DNA from: a virus
Lineage: Duplodnaviria; Caudoviricetes
Virus record (IMG/VR): IMGVR_UViG_3300049825_000745
Location: 539-64,538 of that record
Direction: 5' to 3' (one strand)
Length of the DNA: 64,000 bases
The notes beneath the pieces were generated by a model, which did not search any database, was not told the origin of the DNA, and was given only the letters and a program-made list of their open reading frames with translations. Shown piece after piece: positions 30,623-40,279 of the stretch. Position numbers and translations under genes: made by a program. The first letter of the stretch is position 1. Each line of letters begins with the position of its first letter.

Positions 30623-31450
30623 ATGCTTTTAATTGACAAACCGTTAACAGGTGTTGCAGAGCTGGTCCAGGGGGAGACGGAGGAGGGATCCTTCCGGTTC
30701 TTGTCGCGGACGTTTCGATATGCGATCGCGTCCGTTACAACTGCGAACCCGGCAGTTGTAACAACGACTACGCCCAATTGCCTCAAAACGGGAGACAAGG
30801 TATGGATCTGGTCTACAGGTTGTTACGAAGCAAAGGGGGGATGGCCCATCACCGTTCTGTCAACTACGACATTTACAATTCCGACACAAGTACCCAACCC
30901 ATTGACGGGCGGGAACTGTGCTAAAACGATAGATCTAAGCGGGTTTGTCTTTTATGGGAGGATTTACAAAAAGGGGGAGAAGCGAAACATTTTCCCCGGA
31001 GTTTGCGAGGGGAAATTAAATTCGGAATGGTTAACTGTTTGGTCAGACTCCCTTTCTGAAATTTCAAGCTTAAATCCAAAGGACGTAACAATTCAGCTGA
31101 CGATAGAAAGGACCCCAGTCCTTGACGTTTCTGACGTAATTGATACGTGTTGTGGAGAACAAAATTATGTTACTTCTTTGGCCCAAAAGCCTAGATATCG
31201 CAAAGATTTGTTATTACAAGTCCCGCTATATATTGATGTTAATGACAAACATTTCTCATACGTTTCTGAAACAGATAAAAAAGGAAATTTGGTTTTAGTA
31301 CCGGATATTTTCGTTGACCTTGATTATGGCGGATTGAATTTTACGATTAGAAGTTCATTGTTAGAAAAAGATAATTATTTTTGGGAGCTATTCGCTCAGT
31401 CGGGGAATAAAGTTGAGTGTTTAGTTGATGGGAGATTACAAATTAAATGA
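30623..31450 (+). CDS. Putative tail/baseplate-associated protein
   Basis: TTANPAVVT...LKTGDKV module; DLSG..F.G.I...Y.WEL...LVDG.L.I pattern. Confidence 0.5.
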   Translation: MLLIDKPLTGVAELVQGETEEGSFRFLSRTFRYAIASVTTANPAVVTTTTPNCLKTGDKVWIWSTGCYEAKGGWPITVLSTTTFTIPTQVPNPLTGGNCAKTIDLSGFVFYGRIYKKGEKRNIFPGVCEGKLNSEWLTVWSDSLSEISSLNPKDVTIQLTIERTPVLDVSDVIDTCCGEQNYVTSLAQKPRYRKDLLLQVPLYIDVNDKHFSYVSETDKKGNLVLVPDIFVDLDYGGLNFTIRSSLLEKDNYFWELFAQSGNKVECLVDGRLQIK

Positions 31451-33429
31451 CCATTCTTTACTCGGAGATTGACAAAGAGCCGCTTGGATCCTCGACTGTT
31501 TTGATCGAAGTTGCCGAGCAGGGACCACCGGGGCCTGTAGCGCAAAGCGGGCAGAGCTACGCAATAATAACGGCATTCACGGGCAACGCGATTCCCGCTG
31601 CGACTGGATTTACAAATTGCACGGTTTCCCCAGATTTCTATCTTCCGGCTGGGGGGTCAGGCATCTATTCCGCCGAGGGCGTTGAAGGCACTCTACGCCG
31701 CGTTGGGACGCAATATTCGTTCTCGCGAACCACCGCAGGAACCGCCGTCACGATCACCCCAAATACGAGTGTTTTTATCCCAGGTCGCGCAAAGGGGCTT
31801 CCGACGACAATTGGCACGGTTGACGAAATGGTGTCGATCGCATTACTTCCCCCAGATGGTTCAATCATGCAGCCATTGGGGCGCGAGGCGGTGGGAGATA
31901 GCAATCCTCCCCCGTATCGATGGAATTCCGCGAGCGTCAACAATACCCCCTTAGCAATTCGTCCCACCTTGGTTGCAACCATTAGCCCTGGTCGGTTTGA
32001 AGCCAAGCCGACATTGGGCTACGACTATTTTGGGATTGTGGCTGATATTGCTACGACTAACACTGCTGCCATTACTCGCAATACACAACGATTCCAGGCT
32101 GCTGTAGAGTATTGCATGGCAACCCCTGCTTTGCTGCAATTACCACCGGGAATTATCAGGATTAATGATTCGATTAAATTCAATCAACAATCGGGAGGCA
32201 GCAAATTTAGAGGCGTGTCGATGCGCGGCACAATCATCGAGCAACGAACTGATAATAAGCCGTGCTTCGATATCACTGCGAACTTATTTAATGCAGCCGA
32301 AATTTCAAATCTTCAATTTCAGTGGGCAAACAATCAACCAGCAACAAATAAGGATGCCATTGCCATTCGGTTCTCCGGGCAAGACTCCTGTTTTGAGTGC
32401 CTATTCACAAAGTTATTCTTTAATAACGGATTCAGAGGCATAGAGTCCGGCTCGGTTTCTCCTAGCGCACTAGGCGGAGGAAGCTTATGGGGGAATGAGT
32501 ATTCGCATATTTGGTCTGCCGGGCTGTCTGGCGCTACGATTTACCTAGGCTCACAGGTAGGCAGTCCCCAAAACGATATTCGCAACGTTTATATTTTGGG
32601 AGGAAGTGCGACCGAAAGATTTATTTATATTAATGCTGGACTGGAAACCACCATTAGTACCGTGGAATTAAATATTAATCCAAGTTCCCAAACCTTTATT
32701 GAGTGCGTGGGGGGAACTTATGCAGAGATCCGAGGGGTTCGGACGGAGACAAATACCAGTCCAAACCTGGTAACAACAAACCCCGTTTTTCTGTTATCCA
32801 ACTCGCACGTTGTCATGACCCAGGTTGAGCTAACACAAACGATCGCAGTGGGGGCAAATAACGTTTATAATATTTTTCGATCTGGCGGGAATGCCAGATT
32901 AATTCTGGGGCAACTTCTGCATGGATTCACCGTAAACAGCGGGAAAATCTGCCTATTTAGCAACGGATTAGTGGTTCACGCAACCGACATTGTAGACGTG
33001 GCTTATGACTCGCACGGGGGGAATAAAATCCTTCATCCGCAAATGACCCTATTTGATAATCTGTTGGCCGGGACCGCTAACGATGCGTTTATCCACCAAC
33101 AGAATAGAAAACGGACTACCGATGTGGGGGATGGCGACATTACGCTTGATGAGTGGAGCGCATACGATCACTACAGATTCACTACCGCATTGACTGCAAC
33201 AAGAACCGTAACTTTTCCTTCCGCCTTCTCAGAAAATTGTCAGGTTGGGCGACGATTCAAAATATCAAAGTTACTCAATACGGCCCAAGCGCCTACCGCT
33301 ATTGGCGATCTGCGGTGCATAGGCGTCGATGGATCGGCATTTGTAATTCCTGCCGCAGCAAGGGGCTGGGTGGAGTTTGAGTACTATCGACTTGGCTGGA
33401 GTATTGTTGGGTCAGGAACTTTTTTGTAA
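31447..33429 (+). CDS. Tailspike / receptor-binding protein with pectate-lyase-like beta-helix
   Basis: YFGIVAD...NTQRFQAAV...LQLPPG..RI entry motif followed by Asn/Ile-rich beta repeats. Confidence 0.75.
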   Translation: MTILYSEIDKEPLGSSTVLIEVAEQGPPGPVAQSGQSYAIITAFTGNAIPAATGFTNCTVSPDFYLPAGGSGIYSAEGVEGTLRRVGTQYSFSRTTAGTAVTITPNTSVFIPGRAKGLPTTIGTVDEMVSIALLPPDGSIMQPLGREAVGDSNPPPYRWNSASVNNTPLAIRPTLVATISPGRFEAKPTLGYDYFGIVADIATTNTAAITRNTQRFQAAVEYCMATPALLQLPPGIIRINDSIKFNQQSGGSKFRGVSMRGTIIEQRTDNKPCFDITANLFNAAEISNLQFQWANNQPATNKDAIAIRFSGQDSCFECLFTKLFFNNGFRGIESGSVSPSALGGGSLWGNEYSHIWSAGLSGATIYLGSQVGSPQNDIRNVYILGGSATERFIYINAGLETTISTVELNINPSSQTFIECVGGTYAEIRGVRTETNTSPNLVTTNPVFLLSNSHVVMTQVELTQTIAVGANNVYNIFRSGGNARLILGQLLHGFTVNSGKICLFSNGLVVHATDIVDVAYDSHGGNKILHPQMTLFDNLLAGTANDAFIHQQNRKRTTDVGDGDITLDEWSAYDHYRFTTALTATRTVTFPSAFSENCQVGRRFKISKLLNTAQAPTAIGDLRCIGVDGSAFVIPAAARGWVEFEYYRLGWSIVGSGTFL

Positions 33430-33444
33430 AAATTAGATGCGATC

Positions 33445-33473
33445 CAAAGACGGGAGCCCCGTCTTTGTTTTTT
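33445..33473 (+). terminator. Rho-independent terminator of tail operon
   Basis: CAAAGACGGG-agc-CCCGTCTTTG followed by a T-run. Confidence 0.85.
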
Positions 33474-33548
33474 GCCGTCATGGGGGTTAGGCAAAGAAAA
33501 TTTTCCGCAAAGTGTTTCTTTTTTCCGCAAAGTGTGTATAATAAAAAC

Positions 33549-33812
33549 ATGAGACCAAGATGCTTGACGTGCAAAGAGTTCCTTCAGCGGGCTGGATTTA
33601 CCTCAGCAGGAACCCAGCGCTACAAATGCAGATTCGGCCATCCGCAGAAAAAAGCGCCAAAATATCCTTGCCCACTTTGCGGGCAAAGACTTCGGCGAAC
33701 TATTAAAAAGAACAAGGAGTATTATTCAAAATGTCACAACCCGAAATGCCTCCAAAAGAAATGCGGCCATGTGTCAAAAGGAACGGAGAATTTATCAGGC
33801 TTCAAGACATGA
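33549..33812 (+). CDS. Small zinc-ribbon protein (InsA-like N-terminus)
   Basis: CLTC...RAGFTSAGTQRYKC; CPLC; CHNPKC. Confidence 0.55.
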   Translation: MRPRCLTCKEFLQRAGFTSAGTQRYKCRFGHPQKKAPKYPCPLCGQRLRRTIKKNKEYYSKCHNPKCLQKKCGHVSKGTENLSGFKT

Positions 33813-33860
33813 CTCCTGAGGCGTCTCGGGGCGATCGCTGGGCAGACCGAGACTTGATGG

Positions 33861-34265
33861 TTGCGCCGCAGCCCAAGCCACACACCATTAAGGGGGTGTG
33901 CATTGATTAATAATATTACGACATTCAGAACGGGAGAAACCTGTGTCCTCTCTGAGCCAGGACGTACCGTTACTCTTGGCCCCAAAGGCAAAACAGTCAT
34001 ACTCAATCGACGTATGACTATTCTTGAGGAGGTGACACCCAAGAACCTTGTGCTAGTCTCTAGGAAGCAAACACCAACCCAAGCTAAGGTGTTTTTCAAA
34101 TCAATATTCATCGGAGCAATCCTTAAAGAAGGGCTCCTCTGGCGGCTCCCAAAAGAGTATGGGGCTTACTTAAATCCCGATCCATGGGTTGTTGCGATCG
34201 CCCTAACAAAGGCGCTGGTCTGCAAAGACTGGGAAATCCTTGAGCCAATCCTATGCAGCGACTAG
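33861..34265 (+). CDS. Hypothetical protein
   Basis: ORF in the early-gene run; start uncertain. Confidence 0.4.
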   Translation: MRRSPSHTPLRGCALINNITTFRTGETCVLSEPGRTVTLGPKGKTVILNRRMTILEEVTPKNLVLVSRKQTPTQAKVFFKSIFIGAILKEGLLWRLPKEYGAYLNPDPWVVAIALTKALVCKDWEILEPILCSD

Positions 34266-34728
34266 AAGAAAATGAATACTGCTACTGTGAAAGCACTCAA
34301 ACGCTTACAGGGTACGCAGTAGGGGCTAAAGTAGGAAGTGTATTTTCGCTTCCTACTGGGGAAGTATTGAAAGTAGTGGAGATTGACTACTACAGTAATT
34401 ATACAATTTTTATTGCGAAGGCAAAACGGGTCGCTCATGGTGGGCATTCAGACCCTTTAAGCGACTCCCCCACCTGACAGCCGGAAATGACGGCACTTCA
34501 CAAAATACCGCCATTGCGCCAACTCCCTCCGGTGCAATGGCATTCATAAAAAGTAAGAAAAAATGGAATACGACGACGAAGATCAACGGAAAATTTACTG
34601 GGAGTGTGTCGAGGAAGACCGCCCAGAGGATGATGAAGATGACGAATCGTCAATAGAAATGCAAGAATTTCACCCCTCGGAGCGCTGCCACTCCTTAACG
34701 AGCAATCACACATACTCAAAGGATAATT

Positions 34729-35481
34729 ATGGACTTTAAAGAATTTACTGAAAACTCAGAGTACAAAACCGAGCGTGAAACACTGCCATGGATTCAGTCT
34801 CTCAACAAATCGGATGCAATTGAACGCGCTGGCTGGTTTATCTCCGAAGAAAATGCTCAGAAGCTGGGGCTGACCCCCGATGAAAATTGGGAAGCATTTA
34901 AGCAGCGGTTTGGAACTGACGACTTAACTCTAGGCTTCCGAACAATCACGCCAAACTTTAGCGTGATTCATACCAGCCCATTGTTTATGCGGTTGCGCCA
35001 AGGCGAAGATTTAACGTTGCGCCCATTTGTAAAGGCCGAGTACGATTCAACAAAATTCACCTGTGTGACCCGTTATTTGTTGCTGTTCTTAGACAAAGCA
35101 AACAAACCCTTGCACCATACTCCCGTCCAGTTTACAGCTAAAGGCTCAGTCTGTGGCTCAATGGCTGGGGAGCTGCGGAAAATCCGCGAGGAAATTAATA
35201 AACTCGTTGGTAGTCAAATGGGCGCGCGGTTTTTTGCGCTCTGGCGACACGCACTGTCTCTTGACACCGTTCTGAAGGGCACCAAGACCTCCTCGTCATG
35301 GGTAACAAGCATTGCCGCCCATGAGCCAATTCAGGGCAAAAGTCATTTCTTCGGACAGAACAAAGAAAATCGGCTGCTGGTTGAGACTTTGTTTGACCAG
35401 TACAAGGATTTCTCGAAATTGGAGAAAAAAGATCCTGAACCGATTGAAGCTGATCCAACTTACGACGATATTGCGTTTTAG
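34729..35481 (+). CDS. Putative ssDNA-binding/recombination protein (DUF5895-like)
   Basis: LPWIQSLN...GWFI; RYLLLFLD..NKPLH..P.Q..AKG; acidic tail DDIAF; AAGGA RBS. Confidence 0.55.
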   Translation: MDFKEFTENSEYKTERETLPWIQSLNKSDAIERAGWFISEENAQKLGLTPDENWEAFKQRFGTDDLTLGFRTITPNFSVIHTSPLFMRLRQGEDLTLRPFVKAEYDSTKFTCVTRYLLLFLDKANKPLHHTPVQFTAKGSVCGSMAGELRKIREEINKLVGSQMGARFFALWRHALSLDTVLKGTKTSSSWVTSIAAHEPIQGKSHFFGQNKENRLLVETLFDQYKDFSKLEKKDPEPIEADPTYDDIAF

Positions 35482-35540
35482 CCTGGCCTAACCGCAACCG
35501 AAGGGAGCCGCGCATCCTCAAAAACGCGGGACACACCACA

Positions 35541-35577
35541 GCGATCGCCGTTGTCTATGGCGGCGATCGCATTTTTG
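35541..35577 (+). terminator. Terminator-like hairpin built from two HIP1 sites
   Basis: GCGATCGCCG-ttgtctatgg-CGGCGATCGC followed by ATTTTT. Confidence 0.55.
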
Positions 35578-35597
35578 CCCACTTACCGAGAAAAAAT

Positions 35598-36161
35598 ATG
35601 GCAATTCAAACCCTTGAACGACCTTCAGAAGTCGCAACAGTTTCCCAAAACTTCCGAATCACCTTTATTTCCTTTAGCACAGAAATCTTTGGCCTCAAGT
35701 ATGAATTAAACGAGGGCGAAGAATGGAGCAAAGCCAAAACCTTTGAAGTCAGTGCATTCGTTTGTCAGACGGGGGCTGTAGACAGCCTAAAGGACGCAGT
35801 TCGGCGCGTCTTTGCCTCTGAACATTGGACGGATGCCACCATTGAAATCAATAGCCTGAAGCTCACCTATGCGGGGATTGACGATAAGCCCAAGAAAGGC
35901 GTAGAGCCAAGAACTCCAGGAGATTTGGTCAAAGTGGCGATCGCTTCATCATTTGAGAGTCAATTCTTGTTCTCATCAAAAAGCCTAACCTTAGGAACAT
36001 TTGACCAAGTTGTTGACGCCGAAATGGCTGGGCACCCTGGATATTTAGACAAAGCTGAATTACAGGCACTGCAAGACATTCTGGACGAGATTGGGCGTGA
36101 ATTGGCGCGTCAGCTCAACAAAAATACGGTGTTCAAGCCACAGCAAATGAAGTTGTTTTGA
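35598..36161 (+). CDS. Hypothetical protein with clamp-binding-like C-terminus
   Basis: 187 aa ending in QMKLF. Confidence 0.6.
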   Translation: MAIQTLERPSEVATVSQNFRITFISFSTEIFGLKYELNEGEEWSKAKTFEVSAFVCQTGAVDSLKDAVRRVFASEHWTDATIEINSLKLTYAGIDDKPKKGVEPRTPGDLVKVAIASSFESQFLFSSKSLTLGTFDQVVDAEMAGHPGYLDKAELQALQDILDEIGRELARQLNKNTVFKPQQMKLF

Positions 36162-36398
36162 GGATGTGGCGGCATGAAAATTAAAACTAAAAAGTACAAG
36201 CAAAACAATCATCGCTCTTGCCTACAAGTGTTTGTGGACGGACAAGTTCTTGGACAAATCTGTATTGGTCAAAACTGCTATTTGATTGATAGATTTCAAG
36301 GAATTGACGCAATGTGCAGAATCTGCGCTTCTGCGGTAGAACGATTAATACAAACTCGTCTTCAATCCAAATCATGAAATCACAAAGCCCATTTCTGT

Positions 36399-36812
36399 AT
36401 GACGCATTTAGTGAAAGGGAAAAGCAAAATGTGCCTGATTGATGACGCTGAACCGCTAGATTTCTGTACAGAAAAGATTCGTACAGCGCGAAAAACCCAT
36501 ACTTGCTCTGAATGCGATCGCACCATTGCGCCAGGAGAACAGTACGCCTACGTCAGTTACGGCAAAGACGGAGAGATGGGCAGTAACAAAACCTGCCACC
36601 ACTGCAAGATAGCTGCTCAATGGCTTTACAAACACTGCGGGGGATATTGCTTTGGGAGCATAAAGGAAGAGCTAGCAGAGCACTACAACGAAGGCTATCA
36701 AGAGGAAGATCTGCAATGGCTTTTGATCGGTATTTCTCGGGGGTGGAAAACGTTAAGGGGAGATGAGCTGTTGGCTGTCCCCCAGCCCGAGGAAAAGGCG
36801 ATCTCTTTTTGA
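36399..36812 (+). CDS. Cys-rich conserved phage protein
   Basis: ARKTHTCSEC..TI.PGEQY...KTCHHC. Confidence 0.65.
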   Translation: MTHLVKGKSKMCLIDDAEPLDFCTEKIRTARKTHTCSECDRTIAPGEQYAYVSYGKDGEMGSNKTCHHCKIAAQWLYKHCGGYCFGSIKEELAEHYNEGYQEEDLQWLLIGISRGWKTLRGDELLAVPQPEEKAISF

Positions 36813-36888
36813 AACCCCACCACCACAAAACAAAATCTTTTGGCAAGTCAAAATTTATCAAAAAAAACAATGAAATTTCACATTTTAG

Positions 36889-37141
36889 TTGACAATTGCC
36901 CACCCGACGAGACGAACAATGAGTGCAAGATTTTTGATATAATCTATATGTGTTGTACACCAATGCCATAAGCGAAAACCAAGCTAACAGGTATGTGTCC
37001 AAGCAAAGATTTGAGTCTTGGGAACCAGGACTCCTGCCCTTGGAGGGTATGTAAGACCAAACGGACTACGGAGTCTTGGCGGCAATGCCCGTTGAATTGG
37101 GAAGCCCACACTGTACCGAAGGTCAGTGTGTGGTAGTTCAC
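36889..37141 (+). mobile_element. IS605-derived omega/reRNA cassette copy 1 (253 bp, no left-end hairpin)
   Basis: Preceded by TTAG (36885-88); ends GAAGCCCACACTGTACCGAAGGTCAGTGTGTGGTAGTTCAC; matches 55083-55335. Confidence 0.88.
36935..36943 (+). promoter_or_regulatory. Extended -10 promoter TGnTATAAT (present in all four cassette copies)
   Basis: TGATATAAT about 200 nt upstream of the TCAC end. Confidence 0.7.
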
Positions 37142-37349
37142 ACGTACTCTCAATTACAACTAGCAGACTCGTCTCTTTGCGCCACATGGAGGGTTTTTAT
37201 GATGTTTTGAACTTTTTGACAGGGGAGGATTTATTCACTCATCAATTAATCCGAGCGTCGCAGACTTGTACGTCATATTTATTTAAGACTTATCCCGTTT
37301 TATCTGACCCGCAAATCAATTTACAGCATTTTTGGCGCATCAAAAACCT

Positions 37350-37640
37350 TCAAAAATCTATAACCTCCAAGGCTTCGCCCTCGGGGAACGGTTTGCCTCC
37401 TTCGGTTACGAAATTAACCTGACACCCAAAAGCTCTGAGTTCACGCGCTCGGAGCTTTTGCATGGGCGATATCTCCCCGTTAGGGGCTTTTACTTCCACC
37501 CATGACGCTATGCAAGTTTTCTTGTCAATTAAAAGTAAATCTGGCGTTCCCGATTTGTTGCAACGAATAATATTGGTTACGTCATAGCCTTGGCTTTCGT
37601 ATAGCTTGGTGAGTTTTTCCTGAATTGTTGATTCAAGCAC
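37350..37640 (-). CDS. VRR-NUC domain nuclease
   Basis: ESTIQ...GTPDLL...WVEVKAPNG..SPMQ. Confidence 0.88.
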   Translation of the reverse strand: MLESTIQEKLTKLYESQGYDVTNIIRCNKSGTPDLLLIDKKTCIASWVEVKAPNGEISPMQKLRARELRAFGCQVNFVTEGGKPFPEGEALEVIDF

Positions 37641-38893
37641 GGATAATCTCTCTTGAAGTGTGCAGCAGTGTAAGTCTTTTTACCTTGGACAACTTTATAT
37701 ATTTTCTCCTCAATACCTCCAGATGAAAACAACCAATAGATATGAGACTCACGGCGAGTATTAGTAGTAAGGCGATCGCGTGCCTGAAAATACGAGGTTG
37801 CTGAGTGTTGTATATTGTAAAAAATAATTAATTCCCCAGCCGAAAGATTGAGTCCTTCGCGTCCCGAAACTACCTGTAGGACAATGCTTTTGTCGGTCGT
37901 TTGAAACGTTTCTAGGTCAGTTGTGACGCGATCGCCCAACACTGATTTAATTGCTTGCAGCTCGTGCTTAAACACATAAAAGATCACTAACTTCTCTGTA
38001 GGCCAATTATCCGCAATATACCGCGCCTTAGCATCGCTCAACATTACGGACTGGCGCGGTTCTCCCTCAACCTCATCTAAGATGATGCTGCCACTATGGA
38101 TCTGATGGACTTTTTGGAGTAACGCCGCTGGGTTCTCCGCGCTGATGGTGCCTGTTTTGCCCTGAACTACGCCATCGGTCATTAGGCGATCGGCTATGGT
38201 TTTGCAGATTGGGGCCATTGGAACTTCGCAGAAATGCTCGTGGAGCTGGACTAAAAAATTTGCGTCTTTTTGGGTGTAACGAACCATGTATGGCTCAATT
38301 ACAGGTAGTATTTTTTCTTTAATGCCGTCGCTGTAGTCGTTGCAGACACCGTGAGCAAATGTCCTTTGCTTGACATTAACGTAATTGGGCTTCTGTGCAT
38401 TCCCCGCCCATTTGTAAAAAGTAGGCTCGGTGAATGGCGATTTTTTTGATATCCAGAATTGAAAAAATATAGCCGAAAATCCCTCCGGCGTTGGCGTTCC
38501 CGACAGAAGAATTATAGGTAGATGACTAAACCGCTCTCGAAGGTCTTTTGCTCCTTTGCTGGGCTTTGGGAACGCGCCGCCCAGTCGATGCGCTTCATCC
38601 ATTACCAATAGGTCAAACTCACCTTCAACTTTGTGCAAGCTTTCGTTGTTTGCAACGGTCAGCTCATACCCTGGATTCAGTAGAGCATAGTCGCCCTCAA
38701 TACTGGCGATCGCCTTTTTCTTTGTCAAAAACAGCACGCGCTTAGCCCCATATAACCGAGCGCATTCTAAAGCTGTTAGAGACTTGCCAGTACGAACTTC
38801 CATCGCAAGATAGACTATTCCCAACTCTTGCAATTTTTTACAAGCTACCTTGGACAATTCAATCTGATATGGGCGAAGCTCAAACTCACTCAT
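37577..38893 (-). CDS. SNF2-like SF2 helicase
   Basis: LRPYQ, EVRTGKS, MDEAH, LSGTP, SGREGLNL, QARDR. Confidence 0.9.
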   Translation of the reverse strand: MSEFELRPYQIELSKVACKKLQELGIVYLAMEVRTGKSLTALECARLYGAKRVLFLTKKKAIASIEGDYALLNPGYELTVANNESLHKVEGEFDLLVMDEAHRLGGAFPKPSKGAKDLRERFSHLPIILLSGTPTPEGFSAIFFQFWISKKSPFTEPTFYKWAGNAQKPNYVNVKQRTFAHGVCNDYSDGIKEKILPVIEPYMVRYTQKDANFLVQLHEHFCEVPMAPICKTIADRLMTDGVVQGKTGTISAENPAALLQKVHQIHSGSIILDEVEGEPRQSVMLSDAKARYIADNWPTEKLVIFYVFKHELQAIKSVLGDRVTTDLETFQTTDKSIVLQVVSGREGLNLSAGELIIFYNIQHSATSYFQARDRLTTNTRRESHIYWLFSSGGIEEKIYKVVQGKKTYTAAHFKRDYPCLNQQFRKNSPSYTKAKAMT

Positions 38894-39090
38894 CGCTTCA
38901 CCACCACCCCACAGATCCGCTCAATCTTCGGCCAATACCCTTTAGGCACCTTTTCATGTCCTGCCCTATCCTTCAGCGTTAATATCTCTTTCACCCCATC
39001 TTTGCGAAACGTCATGTGGGTTCCCGTCCGAGCGCGGCGCAACACCCAGCCAGAGGCTTCAAGGTGTCGCAGCAGTTCTTTATGGGCCAT
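38890..39090 (-). CDS. hicA: HicA-family toxin-like protein
   Basis: KELLRHLEASGWVLRRARTGTHMTF...VPKG...I. Confidence 0.7.
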   Translation of the reverse strand: MAHKELLRHLEASGWVLRRARTGTHMTFRKDGVKEILTLKDRAGHEKVPKGYWPKIERICGVVVKR

Positions 39091-39377
39091 ATCTCCAAAG
39101 CCCTCTTAATCGCCGCCTTTCCTAGCCCAACAGCTTCACAGCCCGCTTTGGTTGCATAAAAAAACTGCATATCACCATTGAGCCTTCGGCCTTTAACAAC
39201 AAACCCCGCAACTTCCATCTGAAGCATCGAAATGTGATCTTCGCTGCCAAGGCTTGCACAAAACTGATTTCTACACCCGTGCTGTTCCTCGGGAATATGG
39301 GATCCAGCGCCAAGCATATGGATTAGGTTTTCTCTCCAAAGCGGCTTAAGCTCTATCAGTAGTTCTTTGTGCGTCAT
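39012..39377 (-). CDS. Hypothetical phage protein
   Basis: HMLGA....RNQFCA...M...GF....FFYAT..G pattern. Confidence 0.55.
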   Translation of the reverse strand: MTHKELLIELKPLWRENLIHMLGAGSHIPEEQHGCRNQFCASLGSEDHISMLQMEVAGFVVKGRRLNGDMQFFYATKAGCEAVGLGKAAIKRALEIWPIKNCCDTLKPLAGCCAALGREPT

Positions 39378-39559
39378 TTGGTCGTTTCAACCCCATCAAT
39401 ATAAACCCTCACTTTCCCAGTTTTGGTCGAATAAATTTGCACGCTAGCCCTAGGAGTGATCACCCCCAACAAACCCCAGCCTTTGCGATCGTCGCTGGCG
39501 CTTCGTTGAACCCTAAGACTGCCCCATTCGAAACCGTAATCCGTATTTTTGAAATGCAT
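39374..39559 (-). CDS. Hypothetical protein
   Basis: 61 aa; ATGA overlap with next gene. Confidence 0.5.
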   Translation of the reverse strand: MHFKNTDYGFEWGSLRVQRSASDDRKGWGLLGVITPRASVQIYSTKTGKVRVYIDGVETTK

Positions 39560-39601
39560 TGGGTATGGTATAGTGTAAATCTGATGTTAATTGTAACACA
39601 T

Positions 39602-39760
39602 ATGCCGCAGATTGAAAGTAGTATTGAGCGCAGTCCGTTACAGGTTGCCATTGACCCTGGATTGAAGAAGAAAATTATTGAAGTAGCAAAGCGTGAGGGC
39701 ATTTCTCAGGCTGAGGTGATGCGCCGCGCATTTGTTTTTTACTACGCTAGCCAGAATTAA
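39602..39760 (+). CDS. Ribbon-helix-helix (CopG-like) regulator
   Basis: LQVAIDPGLKKKIIEVAKREGISQAEVMRRA; divergent from the helicase operon. Confidence 0.75.
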   Translation: MPQIESSIERSPLQVAIDPGLKKKIIEVAKREGISQAEVMRRAFVFYYASQN

Positions 39761-40279
39761 ATGCCGTACAGCAGGCGGTTCATAGACGATATTCGAGCAA
39801 CTGCCAATATCGCCCAAATTGTCAGCGAGGTTATTGAGTTAAAAGCCTATCCAGGCGATCGCCATAAGGGGCTATGTCCGTTCCATAACGAGAGCAGCCC
39901 TAGTTTTTCTGTGAGCAAAAATTTATATTACTGTTTTGGATGCGGTGAAGGTGGGGACGTGATCCGGTTTGTGGAGCGCACCCAGGACGTATCCTTTGGC
40001 GCTGCCGTTAGGTTATTGGGCGATCGCTACAACCTCACGGATGATGATTCTACCCCCGTGAGGCCACGACCGCCCGTAAAGCGAGCCTTGCCGCCCATGC
40101 AGCAGCCTAAGGGGTACGTTGCGCCGATTGACCCTATTGTGGCGGCATACGATCCGTATGCCGCTCAACTCTTTGATGATTTGTATCAGCCCGATTTTGA
40201 CCTTTTATTAACGCTGGGGATTGTCCCTAGCTCTTTAGCTCTGGAGCTTTTGAACGATGTCAGTTTGTCCCATTTGTAA
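39761..40279 (+). CDS. CHC2 zinc-finger (DnaG N-terminal-like) protein
   Basis: GLCPFHNESSPSFSV...YYCFGCGEGGDVIRFV. Confidence 0.88.
   Translation: MPYSRRFIDDIRATANIAQIVSEVIELKAYPGDRHKGLCPFHNESSPSFSVSKNLYYCFGCGEGGDVIRFVERTQDVSFGAAVRLLGDRYNLTDDDSTPVRPRPPVKRALPPMQQPKGYVAPIDPIVAAYDPYAAQLFDDLYQPDFDLLLTLGIVPSSLALELLNDVSLSHL

Larger units (their letters stand above)
36870..37422 (+). pseudogene. Phage gene interrupted at codon 7 by cassette copy 1
   Basis: Removing 36889-37141 joins ATG AAA TTT CAC ATT TTA G|AC GTA CTC, giving MKFHILDVLSITTSRLVSLRHMEGFYDVLNFLTGEDLFTHQL..., 99 aa. Confidence 0.8.

Noticed and set aside
36889-37141. Group I intron / IStron explanation for the gene-splitting insert
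   Set aside because: The exon ends in G and the insert ends in C (no U|...G boundaries), and I could not recognise P7 or other core elements.
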